NCBI GenBank assembly: GCA_018303655.1
Contig: JAGVXT010000011.1
Span: 1 to 63,696 of the forward strand
Origin: Candidatus Woesearchaeota archaeon
GTDB lineage: Archaea; Nanobdellota; Nanobdellia; Woesearchaeales; GW2011-AR4
DNA length: 63,696 nucleotides
Direction of reading: 5' to 3'
Shown here: piece by piece, positions 17,997-26,791 of the stretch
How positions within the stretch are numbered: the stretch's first letter is position 1
Layout: the number at the start of each line of letters is the position of its first letter
Notes under the pieces: generated by a model
The model's database searches: none
Told to the model about the DNA's origin: nothing
Seen by the model: only the letters and a program-made list of their open reading frames with translations
Position numbers and translations under genes: made by a program

Positions 17997-19172
17997 TTAC
18001 CCGCATGCTGCAACAACAAGCTTTACAGGCTTGCCATTGTAAAATACAATTCTTGTTACCTTGACTAATGTGCCGCTTTCGCAGCTGACGCTTGCCCCTA
18101 TCTCAATTTTCAGCTGAGGTGAGCCAGAAGCGCATGTAACATAATGAGTTGAATTGTAGTCCCTTACCCAGCCCGGCTGGGAATTGTCGCACGCTGCTTT
18201 AGAAACATTGTCATAGAAAGTGCAGCCGTTTCTTCCATCGCAAGATGCGTGGATAAGATTGTCATCGGCAAATGTGCAGTCTGCTTCGCATGGAGTTCCC
18301 AGTACTAACGAGCTTCCGCTTTCTTCTCCAAAGTTTGCTGTAGTTGTTTGTTGGGGATTGACATAAACATTGCTTTTTGTTTGAGAAGCATAACTTGGAT
18401 GAGAAGCAACTAAATTATATGAGCCGCAGTTAATTAGTGATATTAGGTAGTTGCCTTGCTGGTTTGTGGTAGATGAACTGATTGTTGTTAAGCCTCTTCT
18501 TGCGCTTATATCAGCCCCGCTGACAAGCTGCCCATTCTGGTTTGTTAGAGTCCCATTTATTGAGCCGTCGCAGTCAGAGTCAGCGCAATCAACTAAGCCA
18601 TCACAATCATTATCCAAGCTATCTGCGCATGCTGTTTCTGTTGCTGTTTTTGTTGAATCAAAAACTCCAGCTGCATTGTCGCAAAGAGAATCGCCGCATT
18701 GTGCATCTACACCATCGCCATCTGAGTCTGTGCCGGCGTTTTGCCACTGGTTGCAAGAATTACATGTCTGATAGCGGTTATTGATGCATTGAGTTTGTCC
18801 AGGCGAGCATGAGCCTTGGACACTGCAAGAGCCATCACATTGTATTGTGCCTCCGCAAGAGCCGCATGCCAGCCCATAATCAGCTGGAGTTGAAATGCTG
18901 CAAGAGCCATCACATAAAACTACACCACCACACGAACCACAGCTTTGTCCTTGATTTGCAACACAGCAAGCACCACAAGCTGGTTCAGTTGCGCATGTCT
19001 CAGTTGCTCCGCAGACGCCGTCTCCTGGAGCATCGCCACCGCCACCACCACCGCCAGAATCGCCGCCTGATTGAGTCTCCCCGGTTGGATCACCAGTAGC
19101 AGAATAAACGCTATAGATTAAAATAAAAAGAATAAATGCAAGAATCCCAATCCTAAGATACCTAAAGTTCAT
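17997..19172 (-). CDS. Cys-rich secreted surface protein with a carboxypeptidase-regulatory-like domain
   Basis: Signal peptide, poly-Gly linker, CGSCGG repeats, DNDCDGLVDC Ca-binding-like motif, ING..GA.I..TN.QGNY. Confidence 0.8.
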   Translation of the reverse strand: MNFRYLRIGILAFILFILIYSVYSATGDPTGETQSGGDSGGGGGGGDAPGDGVCGATETCATEPACGACCVANQGQSCGSCGGVVLCDGSCSISTPADYGLACGSCGGTIQCDGSCSVQGSCSPGQTQCINNRYQTCNSCNQWQNAGTDSDGDGVDAQCGDSLCDNAAGVFDSTKTATETACADSLDNDCDGLVDCADSDCDGSINGTLTNQNGQLVSGADISARRGLTTISSSTTNQQGNYLISLINCGSYNLVASHPSYASQTKSNVYVNPQQTTTANFGEESGSSLVLGTPCEADCTFADDNLIHASCDGRNGCTFYDNVSKAACDNSQPGWVRDYNSTHYVTCASGSPQLKIEIGASVSCESGTLVKVTRIVFYNGKPVKLVVAACG

Positions 19173-19204
19173 TTTATTCAGTTTGCATTACTTTTTTTCA
19201 AAAT

Positions 19205-20008
19205 TTATTTGTCCATACTTTCTAATACTTTTGCATTTCGTATTGCCTTGATATAGTTTGGATTTATCAATAAAGTTTTTTTATTGTACTCCAATGACTT
19301 TTCAAAGTTTCCATTATTACCATAAGCAGCGCCTAAACCATTTAATGCTAAGTAATCATTTGGATTCATCTCAACAGCCTTCTCGTAATACTTAATTGAA
19401 TTATTCCAGTCACGCAAGTTAAAATAAGCAGCCCCTAAATACCTATAGACAAATTGGTTACTGGGATTGATTTCAAGGGATTTATTATAATTTTGTATAG
19501 CTTTATTAAAATGCGCCAGTTCGTGATACGATAAGCCAATTCCGTCATATGATAAATCATCATTCGGATTTAATTGCAAAGCTTTTTTAAACTTCCTGAT
19601 TGCTTCATTGAATTCTTTTATGCGATAATAGGAAAAACCCAGCCTGCGGTGAATTTCCGCATCATTTGGGTTTATTTTAATGGAATTTGCATATTCTTTG
19701 ACAGCGTCGTAATAATCTGCATTAGCGTAATGCGCAAGAGCAAGCTCATTGTATGCTTCTCCATTTTTTGGATTTAACCTGACCGCTTCTTTAAATTCAC
19801 CTATTGCCTTATCAGTTTGATCTTTTTGCAAAAATAGTCTTCCTTGTTCAAAATGAAAATTTGATTCTTCATTTAGTTTAGGCAAGTTATAAAATTTGTA
19901 ATAAACAACAGAAAGGGTTACGAGAAGAATGAGTATTGCAATAATAAATTGTTTATTATGCCATTTATCCTTTTTATTGCTATTGCTATAGGGCCTCTTT
20001 TTTTCCAT
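19205..20008 (-). CDS. Membrane-anchored TPR protein
   Basis: One TM followed by about six TPRs with (L/I)NP turns. Confidence 0.9.
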   Translation of the reverse strand: MEKKRPYSNSNKKDKWHNKQFIIAILILLVTLSVVYYKFYNLPKLNEESNFHFEQGRLFLQKDQTDKAIGEFKEAVRLNPKNGEAYNELALAHYANADYYDAVKEYANSIKINPNDAEIHRRLGFSYYRIKEFNEAIRKFKKALQLNPNDDLSYDGIGLSYHELAHFNKAIQNYNKSLEINPSNQFVYRYLGAAYFNLRDWNNSIKYYEKAVEMNPNDYLALNGLGAAYGNNGNFEKSLEYNKKTLLINPNYIKAIRNAKVLESMDK

Positions 20009-20134
20009 CTATGCTTTACCTCAATAACTAATATTTATCATATTTAAATAGATTTCGTTTTAAAAACATTTTTCAATGAAACTCTTCCGATTCCATTTCA
20101 TTTCATCGGTAGTTTCTTATCCGTTGGTTGGATT

Positions 20135-21000
20135 GCTTTGATGCTTTGAGCATAGGCTTCCTGAAGATTCTCAGAACATAAATTTTTCCCGCTTTGCGGT
20201 CGGCTAAAATCAAATTTATATGAAATTATGCTAGGATTTCTTCACGCCTAAAAATTTATTGTTCTCGAGAATCGAGGATAAATCCTCTGGCGGCGGCGAA
20301 GCTGCCGGAGGAAAAAATGGCAAGGACAAATACGAACTGGTATGTAGTAGACTTATTTAAGGACATGGCGGAAAAAATTGACTGCAAGGAGCATTTCGAC
20401 CCAAGGGAGTTTGACATCACCATTGAGAAGATTTCCAAAGTGAGAAGGACAAGAAATGCCGCTTACAATATAAACTTCCACTTTGTTTGGATACCGAAGA
20501 CAAGGGCAAAAATACTTGTCGAGCCGTTTAAGTCTGACGTAAAGCATTTCCTAATGGAAAAATGCCAAGAGAGAGAATGGGATCCGTTGGCATTGCAAGT
20601 AATGCCAGACCATATTCATTTTTTCCTTTCAGCTCCGCCGAAATGGGCGCCTTCAAAGATAATGCAGGAGCTGAAAACGTACAGCTCAAGGCTGCTGAGG
20701 AGAAAATACTCAATTATAAGGGAAATGAGAACATCTCCTGACTTTTGGGCGTCTGGATATTATGTTGGTACAGCAGGGCACATCACTGCAGAGAGTGTTG
20801 CAAGATATATTGCTGAACAGAATAAGAAGCTTGAAGGAAAATGGCATTTGTTTGACTTGGAGCCGTTTGAATATGATATTTTCGACGGCAGATTGAGAGT
20901 GCCAAAAGACCAGTCTAGGTTAAGCAATTTTGTTTGATGCGCTTTGAGCGCATGGTGGGCATACATCTACCCCACTATCGTGGGAAGGTTTAAGCCCACA
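20135..21000 (+). mobile_element. IS200-like element (solo tnpA) with structured ends; boundaries approximate
   Basis: Related hairpins ATGCT-TTG-AGCAT (20141-20153) and ATGCGCT-TTG-AGCGCAT (20937-20953) flank tnpA; no tnpB. Confidence 0.7.
20317..20937 (+). CDS. tnpA: IS200/IS605 family Y1 HUH transposase
   Basis: HFVWIPK, MPDHIH (HUH), FWASGYY, RYIAEQ. Confidence 0.95.
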   Translation: MARTNTNWYVVDLFKDMAEKIDCKEHFDPREFDITIEKISKVRRTRNAAYNINFHFVWIPKTRAKILVEPFKSDVKHFLMEKCQEREWDPLALQVMPDHIHFFLSAPPKWAPSKIMQELKTYSSRLLRRKYSIIREMRTSPDFWASGYYVGTAGHITAESVARYIAEQNKKLEGKWHLFDLEPFEYDIFDGRLRVPKDQSRLSNFV

Positions 21001-21185
21001 GATTCTAAAAGAAATGTGTATAAATGCTCCCTTGAGTATACTCACCCACAAAAATTATTTAGTATTGTTGCGAGTTCGTAATAGTCAACAACAAACAATA
21101 CATAAACCCTAATTACTTTGTTGGTTGACTATATTATAAACTAACAGCTATATCGTATACAAATTAGTATAGAACATGAGTAAAT

Positions 21186-22520
21186 CTATACTCTGTACAA
21201 CTCAGGCTTGTACGGATTCTTAATTGGAGCTGTTAAAATAGGACCTCTAAATTCTTTGAACTCGCTTAATTTCTCCAGATAACTATCTGCTCTGCTTGCC
21301 GACAATTTGCCATCAAATCGCTTCTTTAGTTTTCCTTCAATGAGCAAGATATGGTAGTAATAAAGCACGCTCTGCATTAAGCCCCTAAATTCAGCTACCG
21401 GCATTGACAACTCTTGCCTTAATCCGCCAAGGAATCTTCTGAATTCCTTGTCTTTCTCCCAGGTTGCTGTGTCATATTCCTTCCCCTGCCTGTAATTAAC
21501 ACTGTAATTGCAAATTTTAACTCTTTTGCCATCAACATTCTTGCCCACTACACAATATTCCGCAAATCTGGCTGGATCTGCCGAATGCGCAGTCGCAGCT
21601 TGCCCAGTTCTTTCGTTTCTTGTTGTATATTGGTTATTTGGTTCCGCGTAAGGAGGAACCTTCAACGAGAACGCTAAGTGGTGCCAGCCTTTAGCTAATG
21701 TTCCTGTATTTCCTGCCTCTCCAATTTCATCCTCTGGTGTAAGTATGGTTCCTCTTTGGACTATTCCCTCTTTTATAATTCGCCCACTAACTTTTTTCAT
21801 ATGTGAATATTGCGTAGCGAAGCCAAGTCCGTGCCTCATGATTACATACCATCCAATAGGTGAATTATATCCTGCAGCAGAAACATCTCCTATGGCAGCA
21901 GGAACTGCTTTTGTGCTTCCATCGCGCTTTGCCGCAATATCCATATTTCCTGGAGATCCTTCTTTTACTACCTGATTCCAGTCACCTGGGATATCCTGTA
22001 AAATAGTCGAATTCATAGGAGGGTAATCTTGTTCTGTAATATGAGGGCCTGTAGGCCTATGGAGGCTCTTTGGAGAATCGTAGCCGTCATTGTGTCTGGT
22101 AATTAGTGTCTGCGAAAAAGGACTACAAGCAGCGAGAATGCCTGCAAGGCCGCCTGTAAGAAATGTTCTTCTGCTCAAGTCATCACTTGAAACCCTGTTC
22201 AATAAAGAACGCATCTGTTTGAAAAGGGGATTGGGCGAATCTGCGTAAACATGGCTTGAACCTATTGCCAAAGCTGCAAGATAGGCAATTACATTTCTTC
22301 TTGCCGCGACGTCGTAATCAGGCAAAACCGCCTCTATAATTTTGGGCCGCTCTCTTGCGATTGATTCTAACCCTGTTAATTGTACATCGCTTAGATCTAA
22401 ATCATCTAATTCTTCAATAGGTTTTCCTTGCATATCCAAAATCATTCTCCCACCACTGATGCTTATATCTAGAATCATATAAATTCTTCTATTTATAAAT
22501 CTTTCTATCTTTACTAACAT
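21186..22520 (-). CDS. Degenerate M23/LytM-domain protein with a twin-arginine-like segment
   Basis: SRRTFL..LAAC; MDIAA, GWYVIMRHG.GFATQYSHM, IGEAGNTG, HHLAF. Confidence 0.75.
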   Translation of the reverse strand: MLVKIERFINRRIYMILDISISGGRMILDMQGKPIEELDDLDLSDVQLTGLESIARERPKIIEAVLPDYDVAARRNVIAYLAALAIGSSHVYADSPNPLFKQMRSLLNRVSSDDLSRRTFLTGGLAGILAACSPFSQTLITRHNDGYDSPKSLHRPTGPHITEQDYPPMNSTILQDIPGDWNQVVKEGSPGNMDIAAKRDGSTKAVPAAIGDVSAAGYNSPIGWYVIMRHGLGFATQYSHMKKVSGRIIKEGIVQRGTILTPEDEIGEAGNTGTLAKGWHHLAFSLKVPPYAEPNNQYTTRNERTGQAATAHSADPARFAEYCVVGKNVDGKRVKICNYSVNYRQGKEYDTATWEKDKEFRRFLGGLRQELSMPVAEFRGLMQSVLYYYHILLIEGKLKKRFDGKLSASRADSYLEKLSEFKEFRGPILTAPIKNPYKPELYRV

Positions 22521-22589
22521 AAAGTAGTAAAATTATATTAAATCATTATTAAGAAAAACTTAAATAGTACAGATTTTTTACTTGAAGCA

Positions 22590-24086
22590 ATGAAAAAAAG
22601 AAAATACAAGATTAAGAGAGTTGTGAAATTTTTTATATTTTTAATCGTGATTTTGGTTTTGTTTAGTATTCTAAAAGTTATATCAAATAAAAAAAATAAA
22701 GATGATTTTGATTATAAATGCCCTGATTGCAATGTAATTTTAATAGAGGTAACAAATCTTATGTATGACCATTTGGGCATGGGCGGCTATTCCAGAAACA
22801 CAAGTCCCAACATAGACAAATTTGCTGAAGAAAGTGTTGTCTTTGAAAATGCATTTTCTCCTGCAAGCTGGACGCTGCCTTCCGGGATTTCCACATTTAC
22901 TTCTTTATACCCGTTTACCCACAAAGTTGTGGATCGGTCTTTAAACTCCACGCTTAATCCAAAAATTATAACACTGGCCGACATCCTAAGGGAGAATGGT
23001 TATAAGACCGCAGCTTTTACTGGAGGTTTTGATTACAGCCCAAGATTTGGCCTCACTAACAGGTTTGATGTGGAATCCTCTGGAGAGGAACATGTTCCGA
23101 GAGAAAATGAGAATAGCTCATTAACCGGTTATGGCGTATTCGCCTCAAGCGCTCCCGCAGCGTTGGAGTGGTTAAAGAACAACAAGGACAACGAATTTTT
23201 CTTGTTTGTCCAAGGTTTTGATGTGCATTGCCCGTATACACCCCCTCAACCTTTCGATAAACTTTATGACCCTGAATATAAAGGAAATATTGATTTTTCA
23301 TATTGTTATTGGACATTTGATAGAACCGAGCCTAAAATCGATAGAGGCAGGAAGTATTATACGGCGGTAAAATCCGTCTATCCAGTTACGCGAAATGAAG
23401 TAAGACTATATGACGAAGATATAAAGCATATGGTGGCATTGTATGATGGTGAGATAAATTATGTTGATTCAGTTCTAGGAGAATTTTTAGACGGGGTTAA
23501 GGAGATGGAATTGTCGGATAATACTATAATAATTCTAACTTCTGAGCACGGCGATATGTTCGGAAAACACGGCAGGTTTGAGCGGGGAGGCTCTTTAACA
23601 GGCACTTTTTATGATGATGTTGTTCACGTTCCGTTAATAATATATCACCCAAAGTTGAAGCCGAAAAGAGTAAATGGTTTGGCGCAATCAATGGATATAA
23701 TGCCAACTGTTCTTGATTTTTTAAGCATTCCGATTAGTAATTCGATTCAGGGAAAAGGTTTATTGCCCCTCATTGTTAATAATACAGATATCCACGATTT
23801 TATTCTTGGTGGTTCTTTGTATAATGCATATAGCGATATTTTAGTTAACCAAAGTTCTAGAATAGAATTTGTAAGAAGCAAAGAATGGAAGTTAATAAGG
23901 GAAGAACTCTTCTTGGACAATAACAGCACAGAAGAAAACTATGAGTTATACCTTTTAAAACAAGATCCAGATGAATTAAATGATATATATAACTCACAAT
24001 ATCCTGAAATTAAAAAAGTTAGAAATGATTTGAAAGAAAAATTATTTAAATGGCTGCAGCAATTCGACAGCATCCAACCAAAATAA
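22590..24086 (+). CDS. Membrane-anchored sulfatase-like (alkaline phosphatase superfamily) protein
   Basis: NVILI, SPASWTLPS, HCPY, YDGEI, TSEHG, VPLII, DIMPT. Confidence 0.9.
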   Translation: MKKRKYKIKRVVKFFIFLIVILVLFSILKVISNKKNKDDFDYKCPDCNVILIEVTNLMYDHLGMGGYSRNTSPNIDKFAEESVVFENAFSPASWTLPSGISTFTSLYPFTHKVVDRSLNSTLNPKIITLADILRENGYKTAAFTGGFDYSPRFGLTNRFDVESSGEEHVPRENENSSLTGYGVFASSAPAALEWLKNNKDNEFFLFVQGFDVHCPYTPPQPFDKLYDPEYKGNIDFSYCYWTFDRTEPKIDRGRKYYTAVKSVYPVTRNEVRLYDEDIKHMVALYDGEINYVDSVLGEFLDGVKEMELSDNTIIILTSEHGDMFGKHGRFERGGSLTGTFYDDVVHVPLIIYHPKLKPKRVNGLAQSMDIMPTVLDFLSIPISNSIQGKGLLPLIVNNTDIHDFILGGSLYNAYSDILVNQSSRIEFVRSKEWKLIREELFLDNNSTEENYELYLLKQDPDELNDIYNSQYPEIKKVRNDLKEKLFKWLQQFDSIQPK

Positions 24087-24140
24087 TCAAATCAAAAACT
24101 ATAATAAAACTTTTAACAAACTTAAGAAGAGGCATATCAA

Positions 24141-26129
24141 ATGGGATTCTCAAAAACAGCTTATTCTATATTAATTTTAATGAGTATTCTTATTTTATCC
24201 TCTTGTCAAACTCAGCCCAAAATATCAGAACCAAAATCAATTGAGCCTATAAAGCTTTATTGGTTCATCCCGGATGGCATGCGTGCAGATCCAGAGCTGT
24301 TCAATATTTACAAATGGGCAGAAGAGGGAAAGCTGCCTAATATAAAGAAAATGATAGATAATGGAGCTTATGGATATTCAATTCCTGACTTCCCGTCACA
24401 TACTCCAGTTAATTTTGCCTCACTCTTGACCGGGGCTCATCCAAATGTTCACGGTGTTGCGGACGGACCGATGCACATAGAAGGTTTTCCGCTTAACAAG
24501 CCGTCAGTTGCAGGATTTTCGTCTGTCGCTAAAAAAGTTTCCCCAATTTGGACTGTCCTGGAGAATGCTGGCAAGAAAGTGGTGCTTTTGTCAATGCCGG
24601 GCTCAACCCCGCCGGAACTTAAAAAAGGCGTTACAATCCGAGGAAGATGGGGCAACTGGGGTTCTGATGATGCTGCATTGATTTTCGAGCCCAAAGAAAA
24701 ACAGGCTGAGATGAAAGATGTTGGAGCCGGCTTCAAATTATTTTACTTAGGCGATACTCTGACTAAATTCGTCGACTCTAAACCAGCAGAAAATTTCCAT
24801 ACGGTTAAATCTTACAATAAAATCAAAGAAGCAAAATTATCAGCGCATGGTTTGGATATTTATGCTTTTATAATTGACAGCAGCAACGACGGCAAGGTTA
24901 ACTATGATAAGGTAGCCTTTTCTTTCGGCGAAGATAAACCGGCATTCTCCATAAGTAATCAAGGGGTTTGGACTGACTGGATACAGGTAAATCTTAGCTA
25001 CAATGGTCAACCTTATGCATCAAATATTAAGATGAAGGTAATAAAGGTTTGGAATGATGGAACATTTAGAATCAGGGTGTTATACAATAATTTGAACAAA
25101 TTCGTTACTGAGCCAGAGTCTGTGGCAAAGGAAATGACTGATGAACTTGGGCCTATGGTTGATTTTGTTGACAATTTTCCGCCCCAGCTTATCTATGAGC
25201 CGGAAGACAAGCAAGCTTTTTTAGACGAGGCCCAAATGTCTTTGGATTACCATAAAAACGCCGCTGATTTTATTTTTAACCGTTATCATCCCGACGTTTT
25301 CCTGCAGGACATTTATACCCCGAACCAGATGCTCACAAGCAGATGGTGGATGAGGTATATTGACCCGCAAAGCCCGGATTATTCCAAAGATAAAAGCACA
25401 GACGCGATGGGCGATGTCCTAAAAATGTACCAGGGGCTGGATGCAATTATTGGCGAGGCACTCAAGCACGATGACGGCAACACTATATTTGTACTGAGCT
25501 CTGACCATGGGATTATCCTTCAGAGAAGAGTAATGGCCTTAAATAATCTCTTTGCAAGCAAGAGATGGCTCAAATATTCAATTAATCCGGAAACCGGTGA
25601 AACTAAAATTGATTGGAACAATACCCAAGTTATTTACCTGCAAACCAACAATATTTATATAAATCCAAATGGGCTTGCGGGTCCTTACAAAAGAGCCTCG
25701 GGCAAAGCCTACGAGCAATTAAGAAGCGAAGTGATAGAATCACTAGTATCTCTTCAAGACAGCGACGGGACGAAACCGCTTGCTAAGGTGATGACTTGGG
25801 AAGACACGCCAAAGTTTACAGAATTGCCAACAGACAGAATAGGGGATTTGGTATTTGAAGTCGCGATAGGATATGGATTTAGCGAAGGGGTGAATCCCAA
25901 GCTGGCAGTGTTCTACGACTCTTTAACCTCCGGCAATAAGCAGGCTTATGACCCAAAAACTAACGGCATGCAGACCCCATTTGTGATTATGGGGCCGGGA
26001 GTGAAGAAAGGGTACAAATTAAATATTGACATCAACCACGTAGACCAGATGCCAACATTGCTCATGCTCATGAATATCAGCATACCTGATTATGTGCAAG
26101 GCAAAGTTTTAGAGCAAATTTTGAAATAA
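24141..26129 (+). CDS. Alkaline phosphatase superfamily phosphodiesterase/nucleotide pyrophosphatase, lipoprotein-like
   Basis: LSSC lipobox-like, PDGMR, PSHTPVNFASLLTG, SSDHG, DQMPT. Confidence 0.85.
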   Translation: MGFSKTAYSILILMSILILSSCQTQPKISEPKSIEPIKLYWFIPDGMRADPELFNIYKWAEEGKLPNIKKMIDNGAYGYSIPDFPSHTPVNFASLLTGAHPNVHGVADGPMHIEGFPLNKPSVAGFSSVAKKVSPIWTVLENAGKKVVLLSMPGSTPPELKKGVTIRGRWGNWGSDDAALIFEPKEKQAEMKDVGAGFKLFYLGDTLTKFVDSKPAENFHTVKSYNKIKEAKLSAHGLDIYAFIIDSSNDGKVNYDKVAFSFGEDKPAFSISNQGVWTDWIQVNLSYNGQPYASNIKMKVIKVWNDGTFRIRVLYNNLNKFVTEPESVAKEMTDELGPMVDFVDNFPPQLIYEPEDKQAFLDEAQMSLDYHKNAADFIFNRYHPDVFLQDIYTPNQMLTSRWWMRYIDPQSPDYSKDKSTDAMGDVLKMYQGLDAIIGEALKHDDGNTIFVLSSDHGIILQRRVMALNNLFASKRWLKYSINPETGETKIDWNNTQVIYLQTNNIYINPNGLAGPYKRASGKAYEQLRSEVIESLVSLQDSDGTKPLAKVMTWEDTPKFTELPTDRIGDLVFEVAIGYGFSEGVNPKLAVFYDSLTSGNKQAYDPKTNGMQTPFVIMGPGVKKGYKLNIDINHVDQMPTLLMLMNISIPDYVQGKVLEQILK

Positions 26130-26146
26130 AACATCAAAACAAATTA

Positions 26147-26764
26147 TTATTTTTTACATTCAAAGGATTTGATGAAGTTAATATAATCTTCTTTAAATTC
26201 GTCCTTTGGCATAAACAACTCCACTTGAAACAAGCTTTTGCCCTTCTCACAATAAATCCACGTTAAAATTGCCTTATATTTTATCAAATCTTCAGCGCAA
26301 GCCCCATATATCAATCTGTCTGTGGCAAAAATTTCATAGTAAGTTGTTTCAAAATCATCAATCTTTGTTTGCTTAACTTCGGGTTTGAATCGCTCAGGGC
26401 ACTCCAAGGTATTCGTAATAAAATCCGGATAGGGGGCAGCTATACTCAAAAATAAAGAGTCCGTGATGTATTTTTTATTTCTGATATAATCTTCAGCAGT
26501 TTTTTCGTCTATTTTAGTCAGAATTTCCAACCTTATTATTTTATTTTCATTTATCGCCATTAATTTATTTTCGTTTTCCGTTTGTTGAATAAGTGAAACG
26601 TTTACAATGAAATTTTCTGTCCCTTTCCAGGAAACTTTAAATTTATTTAAATATGCCTGCAGGTCATTTCTGTTTTTTGTATTGTAGTTTATTGAAAAGT
26701 GCAATAAAAAAAGAATTAAAAAAAATATAAGAGATAGCAAAATAAGCTTGTTTTTTTTCTCCAT
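26147..26764 (-). CDS. Membrane-anchored hypothetical protein
   Basis: N-terminal TM and four Cys. Confidence 0.7.
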   Translation of the reverse strand: MEKKNKLILLSLIFFLILFLLHFSINYNTKNRNDLQAYLNKFKVSWKGTENFIVNVSLIQQTENENKLMAINENKIIRLEILTKIDEKTAEDYIRNKKYITDSLFLSIAAPYPDFITNTLECPERFKPEVKQTKIDDFETTYYEIFATDRLIYGACAEDLIKYKAILTWIYCEKGKSLFQVELFMPKDEFKEDYINFIKSFECKK

Positions 26765-26791
26765 TTTTAAATTTTATATAATTAGTTATTT

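Noticed and set aside
7344-18074. Duplicated gene 3' ends as DGR template/variable repeat pairs (also 3223-3258 versus 3682-3717)
   Set aside because: Mismatches are mostly synonymous and not confined to adenines, and no reverse transcriptase is in the window
20938-21185. tnpB/omegaRNA downstream of tnpA
   Set aside because: No RuvC or zinc-finger ORF follows; only short hairpins
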